From positions 22,330-86,329 of the forward strand of contig JAYYZZ010000004.1 of NCBI GenBank assembly GCA_036687665.1: 64,000 bases of DNA, read 5' to 3'. This document shows, piece by piece, positions 51,004 to 59,334 of the stretch; positions within the stretch are counted from its first letter, which is position 1; every line of letters starts with the position of its first letter. Made by a program: the position numbers and the translations under genes. The notes under the pieces were generated by a model that did no database searches, was not told where the DNA came from, and saw nothing but the letters and a program-made list of their open reading frames with translations. This DNA is from Pseudomonadota bacterium (GTDB taxonomy: Bacteria > Pseudomonadota > Gammaproteobacteria > Poriferisulfidales > JAYYZZ01).

Positions 51004-52560
51004 ATGAACAACAGCCTTAAAAAGCTCTCCGAGCAATATAAACATAAGTTAGTTGATGCAAGTCAGCTAAAGAAAAATATTGGCGAGCGACCAAGAGAGA
51101 AAAAAGTCATCATGTGTCACGGTGTCTTTGATGTCGTGCATCCCGGACACTTGCGACATCTTTTATATGCAAAAAGCAAAGCAGATATTTTAGTAGCGAG
51201 CTTGACAGCAGATACACACATAAAGAAGGGAATATATCGTCCGCATGTCCCAGAGGAAATGAGAGCTTTAAATTTAGCAGCATTTGAAATTGTTGATTAT
51301 GTGTTGATTGATCAAGAACCCACTCCCTTAAAAAATATTTCTAAGTTACAGCCAGATTTTTATGCTAAGGGTTATGAATATGTTGAAGAAGGAATGCCAG
51401 TAAAAACAGAAGAAGAAGCAGAAATTATTGAAAAATATGGAGGAAAAATAATTTTCACTCCAGGAGATATAGTTTATTCATCTTCGGCTTTGATTGAGCT
51501 CGAAACGCCTGCAATAAACATAGAAAAACTGCTTGCACTAATGGAACAAGAAAGCGTGAGTTTTAATGACCTCCGAGCAATACTGGAAAAGCTTGGTAAT
51601 TTCACCGTACATATTGTTGGAGATACAATCGTAGATAGCTATACGCAAACTGCAATGATAGGCGGACAAACAAAAACTCCAACAATGAGCGTTTTATATG
51701 AAGGAAAAAAAGATTATGTCGGGGGAGCAGGCATAGTTGCAAAACACCTTGTAGCAGCTGGTGCAAAAGTCGTTTTTTCTACAGTGCTTGGTAATGATAA
51801 TTTAAAGGATTTTGTTTTAAATGATTTAAAGGAAAACGAAATAGATTGCCATGCAATTATAGACCCAACAAGACCTACTACTAATAAAAATGCAATCGTG
51901 TCATCTGGTTATAGATTATTAAAGATTGATACATTAGATAATAACTCTATAGATGATAGTGTTTTGAAAGGGTTAACCGATAAAATAAAAAATACAAAAA
52001 GTGACGCAGTTATCTTTAGTGACTTTAGGCATGGAATTTTTAATCGTCGAACAATTGAGCCCCTAGTTGATTCAATTGATGCAAAGTGTTTTAAAGCTGC
52101 TGACAGTCAGGTTGCGAGCCGCTGGGGGAATATTACTGAGTTTAAAGACTTTGATTTAATCACTCCAAATGAAAGAGAGGCGAGGTTTGCTTTAGCTGAT
52201 CAGGATTCAGGGGTTAAACCATTGGCACAGGACTTATATGACGCTGCTGGTTGTAAACTTCTGATTATGAAATTAGGTGCACGCGGAGTATTGACGTGCC
52301 GAAGTAAGGAACACGGCCTTGATGATGTTTTTGTTGTAGATAGTTTTGTTGAGAATCTTATCGATGCTGTAGGTGCAGGCGATGCATTACTAGCATATTC
52401 AACACTTACGATGTTGGCCAGTGATTCAGCAGCTATATCAACTATTATAGGCTCAATCGCAGCTGCCTGTTTATGCGAGAAAGACGGGAATATACCAATT
52501 ACGCCTACACAAGTTTTAGATAAGATTGACAATATTGAAAAATATGCGAATTTCGGTTAA
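51004..52560 (+). CDS. bifunctional cytidylyltransferase-fold nucleotidyltransferase (N-terminal) / PfkB sugar-phosphate kinase (C-terminal); HldE-like with swapped domain order
   Basis: 518 aa. N-terminal CHGVFDVVHPGHLRHL (HxGH). C-terminal half VHIVGDTIVDSY...GGAGIVAKHL...DAVGAGDALLA (RfaE domain I / PfkB signature). Confidence 0.8.
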   Translation: MNNSLKKLSEQYKHKLVDASQLKKNIGERPREKKVIMCHGVFDVVHPGHLRHLLYAKSKADILVASLTADTHIKKGIYRPHVPEEMRALNLAAFEIVDYVLIDQEPTPLKNISKLQPDFYAKGYEYVEEGMPVKTEEEAEIIEKYGGKIIFTPGDIVYSSSALIELETPAINIEKLLALMEQESVSFNDLRAILEKLGNFTVHIVGDTIVDSYTQTAMIGGQTKTPTMSVLYEGKKDYVGGAGIVAKHLVAAGAKVVFSTVLGNDNLKDFVLNDLKENEIDCHAIIDPTRPTTNKNAIVSSGYRLLKIDTLDNNSIDDSVLKGLTDKIKNTKSDAVIFSDFRHGIFNRRTIEPLVDSIDAKCFKAADSQVASRWGNITEFKDFDLITPNEREARFALADQDSGVKPLAQDLYDAAGCKLLIMKLGARGVLTCRSKEHGLDDVFVVDSFVENLIDAVGAGDALLAYSTLTMLASDSAAISTIIGSIAAACLCEKDGNIPITPTQVLDKIDNIEKYANFG

Positions 52561-52569
52561 GCGATAATT

Positions 52570-53496
52570 ATGCGAATACTGATTGTAGGTTTAGGTGTGC
52601 AAGGCTATAAAAGAAGAGACTTTGCTAACGCTGATTATGTTGCGTCAGTCGACCCAGTGAATAAAGAGGCTGATTACAAGAACATCCAAGATGTATCTTT
52701 AGATGATTTTGATGGAGCATTATGTTGTGTCCCAGATGCACCAAAAGCCCAATTAGCTAGATATCTTTTAAGCCATGGTAAACACATGCTTATAGAGAAA
52801 CCTTTGTGGACAGAAAGCGACAAAGACTTAAAGGAACTGCAAAGCATGGCAAACCAGAATAACGCTGTGTGTTATACCGCATATAACCACAGGTTTGAGC
52901 CCCACTTTATAACTATGCGTGATTTAATAAAATCAGGTGAGCTTGGAAAGATTTATTCATGCCGTATGTTTTATGGCAACGGAACTGCTTCGTTAGTAAA
53001 AGAGTCACGCTGGCGAGACAAAGGGGCAGGAGTTTTGCCTGACCTGGGTTCTCATTTACTTGACACAGCAAACTTTTGGTTTGATATAGACCGAGAGGAC
53101 TTCCTTTTACATTCTTGCAATAATTTTGAAAACGAAAGCCCAGATCATGTAATTATTGCCTCAGAATCAACACTACCAAGATTAGAATTTGAGATGACTT
53201 TGCTTTCTTGGAGAAATCATTTTACATGTGATGTATACGCCGAAAAAGGCAGTGCTCATATAAGTTCTCTTTGTAAGTGGGGGCCGTCAACATTTGTTCA
53301 TAGAAAACGTGTTTATCCTAGCGGCGTACCAGAGGAAGATGTGGTTACTTTGGAGCAGGCTGACCCGACTTGGGAGGCAGAATATATTCATTTTAAGAAA
53401 TTATGTAAAACAAAGACAAATACTGATTTAACAAATGATATTTGGATAAATCGCACTATTAGAAATTTGAGTGATATTGCAGTAGGAAAAAAATAG
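52570..53496 (+). CDS. Gfo/Idh/MocA family oxidoreductase
   Basis: 308 aa. Motifs MRILIVGLGVQG and HMLIEKPL. Confidence 0.8.
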   Translation: MRILIVGLGVQGYKRRDFANADYVASVDPVNKEADYKNIQDVSLDDFDGALCCVPDAPKAQLARYLLSHGKHMLIEKPLWTESDKDLKELQSMANQNNAVCYTAYNHRFEPHFITMRDLIKSGELGKIYSCRMFYGNGTASLVKESRWRDKGAGVLPDLGSHLLDTANFWFDIDREDFLLHSCNNFENESPDHVIIASESTLPRLEFEMTLLSWRNHFTCDVYAEKGSAHISSLCKWGPSTFVHRKRVYPSGVPEEDVVTLEQADPTWEAEYIHFKKLCKTKTNTDLTNDIWINRTIRNLSDIAVGKK

Positions 53497-54780
53497 ATGA
53501 GTTCATTAACAGTCGGCTATGCAGGAATGACCCATCTCGGTATTGTGTCAGGGTCAGTTACAGCACTGAAAGGGTTTCAGACAATTTGTTTTGATGACAA
53601 TGCTGAGCTTATAGCAGACATTAAAAATGGGAAATTACCTATAGCGGAGCCAAAAATTCAAGAGACAATTGCTTCGAATGGCACTTCTCAAGTTTTTACA
53701 CACGATCCCTCAGATTTGAAATCATGTGACATAATTTTTATATCTCCGGATGTCCCAACGGACGACCAAGGTAACAGTAGTTTAGATAATGTTCTCTCTT
53801 TGGTTAATATTGTAATATCACATATAAAAAAAGATGCAATTTTAGTTATCTTGTGCCAAGTCCCGCCCGGTTTCACACGTCAAATATCATTTAAGAAAGC
53901 ACAGCTTTATTATCAGGTTGAAACATTGGTTTTTGGCGATGCGATAGAACGTGCAACATCCCCAGAAAGAATAATAATTGGCTGCGATCAACCAGGCTCA
54001 GATCTTCCGCAAAGCTACAACAGTTTTCTTGAATGTTTTAAATGTCCAATATTAAAAATGAAATATGAGAGCGCAGAACTTTCTAAAATTTCTATTAATT
54101 TATGTTTGGTGTCGAGCATAACTGTAACTAATGCCTTGTCAGAAATTTGTGAAAAGGTTGGCGCTGACTGGGGTGAGATTATGCCAGCACTACAATTGGA
54201 TAAACGTATTGGAAAGTTTTCTTATCTGTCTCCTGGGTTAGGTTTATCTGGCGGGAATTTAGAGAGAGATCTAGTTACGGTTATAAAACTAGCAAAAGAA
54301 CATCAAACAAATGTAGATGTTATCAAGTCGTTTATTGATGATAGCGATTATCGAAAACAGTGGGCTTCTAAGATCGTAAAAAATTTAACTTCTAATACCA
54401 GCTCAAAACCTTCGATATGTATTTGGGGTCTTGCTTATAAAAAAAACACACACTCAATTAAAAATTCAGCCTCAATTGCAACGATAAAAGCACTTCAAGA
54501 GTACTTCTTTAAGGTGTATGACCCTGTTGTAAAATCTTTAGACCAGGATTTTCAAAATATCGTTTTTAGTGAAACTGCACTCGAAGCTCTAGATAAAGCT
54601 GATATTCTAATGGTCCTGACTCCATGGGATGAGTTTGCAAGTTTTGATACCGAGGAAATTTGTGAAAGAATGAATGGTGCTATCATAATTGACCCATATA
54701 AGATGCTAAATCATAATAGTGAATCGTCGTTGGATATTGACTACTACACTATTGGCGCCCATAAAGATAAAAAAGAATAA
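53497..54780 (+). CDS. UDP-glucose/GDP-mannose dehydrogenase family protein, apparently lacking the catalytic Cys
   Basis: 427 aa. N-terminal VGYAGMTHLG...NGKLPIAEP. Where the family has GfGGsC.pKD this protein reads GLGLSGGNLERD (Asn at the Cys position by eye). Its ATG directly abuts the upstream TAG stop. Confidence 0.7.
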   Translation: MSSLTVGYAGMTHLGIVSGSVTALKGFQTICFDDNAELIADIKNGKLPIAEPKIQETIASNGTSQVFTHDPSDLKSCDIIFISPDVPTDDQGNSSLDNVLSLVNIVISHIKKDAILVILCQVPPGFTRQISFKKAQLYYQVETLVFGDAIERATSPERIIIGCDQPGSDLPQSYNSFLECFKCPILKMKYESAELSKISINLCLVSSITVTNALSEICEKVGADWGEIMPALQLDKRIGKFSYLSPGLGLSGGNLERDLVTVIKLAKEHQTNVDVIKSFIDDSDYRKQWASKIVKNLTSNTSSKPSICIWGLAYKKNTHSIKNSASIATIKALQEYFFKVYDPVVKSLDQDFQNIVFSETALEALDKADILMVLTPWDEFASFDTEEICERMNGAIIIDPYKMLNHNSESSLDIDYYTIGAHKDKKE

Positions 54781-54784
54781 AATC

Positions 54785-55681
54785 ATGTTGCAACATTTAA
54801 ATGCTACACAAACAAAACCAAAAAGAGTTGTCATCATCGGCGCAAGTGGATTTGTAGGACAGTCAATACAAGAAAGATTGCAGGCGTCAGATGTAGAAGT
54901 GTTGCCCGTATCTAGTTCTGATATCAATCTTCTTGAGCCAAACAGTGACAAGCAGCTGTCAAAACTATTGCAACAAAAAGATTCTATTGTTACCGCCTCA
55001 GCTATTGCTCCTTGCAAAGACTTGTCAATGTTAAAAGACAATATCATTTTAATGGAAAATTTATTTTCAGCAGTGCAGTTAGCAAATGTTAGTCATATTC
55101 TAAATATAAGCTCAGACGCTATCTACACAGATAGCACTGAACCATTAACAGAAGACTCTGCAACATCTCCTAACTCAATACATGGGATCATGCACCTTAC
55201 TCGCGAAAGAGTGTTGCAGGATATGTTTACTGATATCCCTTGCGCAACAATAAGACCAACATTGATATATGGGGTGAAAGATCCACACAATGGTTATGGG
55301 CCAAACCAATTCAGAAGATTAGCTGCTTCAAAAAAGCCTATTATTCTGTTTGGCAAGGGCGAAGAAAGGAGAGATCATGTTTTAATAGATGATGTTGCTG
55401 AATTAGCATATAGAATTTTAATGTATAAAAGCATAGGTTCACTGAACGCGGCAACAGGTAAGGTTGTATCATTTTATGATGTCGCAGAGTTAGTAACGGG
55501 ATGTTTTGATTATTCTGTTGCCATTCAAACCTCGCCAAGGAATGGACCAATGCCACACAACGGTTACCGCCCATTTAGCGCAGAGCAAACACAACACGCA
55601 TTTTCAGATTTCACATATACACATATAGAAGACGGAATTAAAAAAGTACATACTGAAATGATGGAGAACATAGATGGCTGA
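54785..55681 (+). CDS. atypical SDR / NAD(P)-binding Rossmann protein
   Basis: Start moved to the ATG at 54785. Has VVIIGASGFVGQ, but the expected YxxxK position reads HGIMH (by eye). Confidence 0.65.
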   Translation: MLQHLNATQTKPKRVVIIGASGFVGQSIQERLQASDVEVLPVSSSDINLLEPNSDKQLSKLLQQKDSIVTASAIAPCKDLSMLKDNIILMENLFSAVQLANVSHILNISSDAIYTDSTEPLTEDSATSPNSIHGIMHLTRERVLQDMFTDIPCATIRPTLIYGVKDPHNGYGPNQFRRLAASKKPIILFGKGEERRDHVLIDDVAELAYRILMYKSIGSLNAATGKVVSFYDVAELVTGCFDYSVAIQTSPRNGPMPHNGYRPFSAEQTQHAFSDFTYTHIEDGIKKVHTEMMENIDG

Positions 55682-56333
55682 AGTAGATTTACTAAGAGCT
55701 TTACCGAAAACTAAAAGAAATATTGAAATGCGTTCTGATGCAAAAGACCCTGAGGTAATAAGGATTTCTAAGGAATATGGTGAACTTTATTTTGATGGCC
55801 CTCGCGATTATGGTTATGGAGGTTACAAGTATGATGGGCGCTGGATTCCTGTTGCGAAAGATATTGTTGAGCATTTTAGTTTAAAACCGGGCATGCGGGT
55901 TTTAGATGTTGGCTGCGCAAAAGGCTTTTTAGTAAAAGACTTAATGATTGCTTGCCCAGGGCTAGAGGTATTTGGTATTGATGTGTCCGAATATGCGCTT
56001 ATGAATTGTGAAAGCGAAGCTGTGGGACGACTTCAGATTGGAAGTGCAGATAGATTGCCATTTCCTGATGAAAGTTTTGATTGCGTACTTTCACTCAACA
56101 CTATTCATAATTTACCAAGAGAGCGTTTGATTGTTGCTCTGAAAGAGATACAGAGATTGTCAGGAGGTAAAGCATTTGTGCAGGTTGATTCTTATAGGAC
56201 ACCTGAAGAAAAAGAAATTTTTGAAAGCTGGGTGTTAACAGCAGAATTTCATGATTATCCAGATGAGTGGATTACAGTTTTCAATGAAGCCGGTTATACT
56301 GGTGATTATTTCTGGACAATAATTAATAGCTAA
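55674..56333 (+). CDS. class I SAM-dependent methyltransferase
   Basis: 219 aa. Motif I VLDVGCAKGFLVKDL and FDCVLSLNTIHNL. 8-nt overlap with the upstream gene. Confidence 0.8.
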   Translation: MAEVDLLRALPKTKRNIEMRSDAKDPEVIRISKEYGELYFDGPRDYGYGGYKYDGRWIPVAKDIVEHFSLKPGMRVLDVGCAKGFLVKDLMIACPGLEVFGIDVSEYALMNCESEAVGRLQIGSADRLPFPDESFDCVLSLNTIHNLPRERLIVALKEIQRLSGGKAFVQVDSYRTPEEKEIFESWVLTAEFHDYPDEWITVFNEAGYTGDYFWTIINS

Positions 56334-56365
56334 TTACATTATAATAACAAGAAGAGAGAACCTGA

Positions 56366-57193
56366 ATGAGCGCTAAAAATAATAATAGCTTTGATTTTAA
56401 AGCAGCAAGACAGCGCTGCATGAAATTCAGACGCCGCATACTTGATATTTCGCAAACTGTTGTTGCTCTGCATATTGCTCCTGCTTTCTCATGCTTGGAG
56501 GTTGTAGATTTAATCTACCATGGTCTTATGCGTGAAAATTCTTCTGCTCACAAAGATGCTTTTTTAATGTCCAAAGGCCACGGATGTATGGCACAGTATG
56601 TTGTACTAGAAGAGCTTGGCGTGCTAAGCAATGATGATCTTGGTAAATATTGCACACCCGAGGGAATTTTAGGTGCACATCCTGATTATGAGACACCAGG
56701 GATAGAAGCAGCAACAGGTTCTTTAGGTCATGGTCTTTCCATGGCAGTTGGTATGTCTTATGCAGAAAAAATCAAAGGGACAGACAGCACCATCTATACA
56801 GTATTAAGTGATGGTGAAGTGCAAGAAGGCTCAACTTGGGAAGCTGTTCTTATGGCATCCACTTTTAATACCACAAATCTTATTGCATTTGTAGATTATA
56901 ACGATTTTCAAAGTTTGGGCAGGACAAGTGAAACTCACCCAACTTTTTACCCATTAACGGATAAATTTGTAGCATTTGGTTGGGAGTCTGTTGAAGTGAA
57001 TGGACACAACGCCGAGGAAGTTTATGCAGCAGTTCAGCAAAGAAAAGGAGACAAACCTTTAATGATTGTCTGTAAAACAATAAAAGGACGAGGGGTAAGT
57101 TATATGGAAAGTGTTCCGATATGGCACTATCGTGCGCCGAATGCAGAAGAGTATGAGCAGGCTATTAATGAATTAAAAGAGATATCATCATGA
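56366..57193 (+). CDS. transketolase, N-terminal (ThDP pyrophosphate-binding) subunit
   Basis: 275 aa. Motifs GHGLSMAVGM and LSDGEVQEGSTWEA. Confidence 0.88.
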   Translation: MSAKNNNSFDFKAARQRCMKFRRRILDISQTVVALHIAPAFSCLEVVDLIYHGLMRENSSAHKDAFLMSKGHGCMAQYVVLEELGVLSNDDLGKYCTPEGILGAHPDYETPGIEAATGSLGHGLSMAVGMSYAEKIKGTDSTIYTVLSDGEVQEGSTWEAVLMASTFNTTNLIAFVDYNDFQSLGRTSETHPTFYPLTDKFVAFGWESVEVNGHNAEEVYAAVQQRKGDKPLMIVCKTIKGRGVSYMESVPIWHYRAPNAEEYEQAINELKEISS

Positions 57194-58104
57194 GAAATAA
57201 GTTTGCTGATACCCTTTATAAGTGCGCTGTTGAGGATTCGGACATAGCAATTGTTGTCGCAGATATTTCTCCGGCAGGTAGTATGGAAAATTTTAGACAA
57301 GAGTTCCCGCATCGTTTTTTAAATGTAGGTGTTGCAGAGCAGTCTATGATTGGAATCTGCGCAGGAATGTCTTTAAGAGGGTTGCAACCTTTTGCTTACA
57401 CTATTGCAACCTTTACATTGTATCGTCCTTTTGAATTTGTGCGTGACGATCTGTGCTACCAAAACTTACCTGTTACGATTGTCGGCGTAGGCGGCGGTGT
57501 AGTTTATTCAACTCTTGGAGGAACGCATCATTGCCAGGAAGATGTTGCGATAGCTAGCGCAATCCCTAATATGTCTGTAATAGCTCCTTGTGATCCAGAA
57601 GAAGCCGAGGCTGCAACTAAATACTGTGCTGTTCAAAAAAATGGTCCCATTTATTTGCGTTTAGGTAAAGCTGGAGAGCCTACTCTTACAGCCAACGCTG
57701 ATACTCCGTGGGAATTTGGAAAGATACGTTATCTTCAGAAGGGTAACGATGTTTGTATTTTGAGTTACGGTATCATTATGAAAAAATCTCTTGAAGTTGC
57801 ACAAACACTTGAAAAACTTGGCAAGTCAGTTTCTCTAGTTTCAGTCCATACCGTGAAGCCTTTAGATATACCAGGCATAGAGACTGCACTGTCAGCACAT
57901 TCAGAAGTTGTTGTTATCGAAGAACATGCACCATCTGGAGGTTTGAGTCACAGAGTGAAAGAAGTTGCGTGGAATATGCAAGCTTCTTGCAAGCTGCATA
58001 CTTTTACCTTGCAAGACCGTTTTTTACATAATTACGGGGATCATGATGATTTATTAGCAGCGCACGGGCTTTCTGTGGATAAGATAGTTGCTGGAATAAA
58101 ATAA
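57190..58104 (+). CDS. transketolase, C-terminal (pyrimidine-binding) subunit
   Basis: 304 aa. Motif FLNVGVAEQSMIGICAGMS. ATGA overlap with the N-terminal subunit. Confidence 0.88.
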   Translation: MRNKFADTLYKCAVEDSDIAIVVADISPAGSMENFRQEFPHRFLNVGVAEQSMIGICAGMSLRGLQPFAYTIATFTLYRPFEFVRDDLCYQNLPVTIVGVGGGVVYSTLGGTHHCQEDVAIASAIPNMSVIAPCDPEEAEAATKYCAVQKNGPIYLRLGKAGEPTLTANADTPWEFGKIRYLQKGNDVCILSYGIIMKKSLEVAQTLEKLGKSVSLVSVHTVKPLDIPGIETALSAHSEVVVIEEHAPSGGLSHRVKEVAWNMQASCKLHTFTLQDRFLHNYGDHDDLLAAHGLSVDKIVAGIK

Positions 58105-58105
58105 C

Positions 58106-59326
58106 CTACTTCATTAACTTCATAATTTCATCAGAAATATGTTGGCTCAGAGGGAACGAGCACGTGAATGCGGGAGAAACAGCGTTTAGTAAATGAAAAG
58201 ATTTATCATCCCCTTCGTATACAAAATCCATTTCTAAACTATTATCATTTGTGTTTAACAGTTGCGCACGTATCGCAGGTCTTCCCCATTTTAAAAAATC
58301 TGAACTATTAACATCATTTACCATTTTTGAAGCCAGCTGTATGAGGTACTCTTTTGAGTATTTCTTCATTTCTTCTAACGCAAGACCACGAAATTGATTC
58401 TTATTTGCCAAAAACATCTCACTTTGTGCCTTTATAATGTTCATAAATTCTTTAGCACTAAAGTTTTCTACGCCCTTGTAGTGCTCTTTCCAAAATGCTG
58501 GAATAGCAGTCGGGCCAATTTTCGCGCTCCCTTCTAATGTGACTGTAAAATGCACACCAAGAAAAGGTTGATCGATATTTGGCACAGGATAAATGTTGGT
58601 TTTTAACCAACCAGGTTTTTTCTTAAGGTAAAGATATAGACCCTTAAAAGGCATGATCATGTAGTTTTTAGAGAAACCGTAATCTTTTGCAATTGTGTCT
58701 GCATGCAATCCTGCACAATTTACAAGGTAGCCGTATTCAACTGAACCTTTCGAAGTATTAATTTTATTTTTACTTCTTCCAACGTATTTTGTTTCTAGCA
58801 TCAAAGAAATATCAGCATCTAATATGTCTTTTTTTAGTGATTTCATGACGGAGACAGGATTGACTGTGGATGTGTTGGGGGAATACAACGCTCTTGAAAA
58901 TGTTTTTACTTTTGGTTCTATTTTTTTTGCCTCATCTTTAGAAATTATCTCTACGCTTACCCTATTTCTTTTTGCTCTTTCTTCCAAAGTGTCAAGAACA
59001 AGTTCTTCTTCTTCGTTTTGTGTAACAACAAGTTTGCCACATTTGTTGATACCAATATTCTTTTCTTCACAATATTTACGCAAGGCTTCGTTTCCGTCAC
59101 GCGTGAATTGGGCTTTTAGTGAATCTTTTGTATAGTAAAATCCTGCGTGCAGAACTCCGCTATTTAAACCACTGGCATGCTGATAAATATCATTTTCTTT
59201 TTCAATAATGAGAATTTTTGCTGTGGGTATTTTTCTTTTCAATGCATGGGCGATACTTATACCCATTACTCCAGCACCAATAATTACAAAATCAGTATAC
59301 TTAGGCGGTTGGTCCAATTGTGGCAT
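58106..59326 (-). CDS. lhgO: L-2-hydroxyglutarate oxidase/dehydrogenase family FAD oxidoreductase
   Basis: 406 aa, collinear by eye with E. coli LhgO: DFVIIGAGVMG, NSGVLHAGFYYTKDSLKAQF, PFKGLY, PFLGVHFT, GPTAIPAF and IRAQLL. Confidence 0.8.
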   Translation of the reverse strand: MPQLDQPPKYTDFVIIGAGVMGISIAHALKRKIPTAKILIIEKENDIYQHASGLNSGVLHAGFYYTKDSLKAQFTRDGNEALRKYCEEKNIGINKCGKLVVTQNEEEELVLDTLEERAKRNRVSVEIISKDEAKKIEPKVKTFSRALYSPNTSTVNPVSVMKSLKKDILDADISLMLETKYVGRSKNKINTSKGSVEYGYLVNCAGLHADTIAKDYGFSKNYMIMPFKGLYLYLKKKPGWLKTNIYPVPNIDQPFLGVHFTVTLEGSAKIGPTAIPAFWKEHYKGVENFSAKEFMNIIKAQSEMFLANKNQFRGLALEEMKKYSKEYLIQLASKMVNDVNSSDFLKWGRPAIRAQLLNTNDNSLEMDFVYEGDDKSFHLLNAVSPAFTCSFPLSQHISDEIMKLMK

Positions 59327-59334
59327 AGTTCTTA

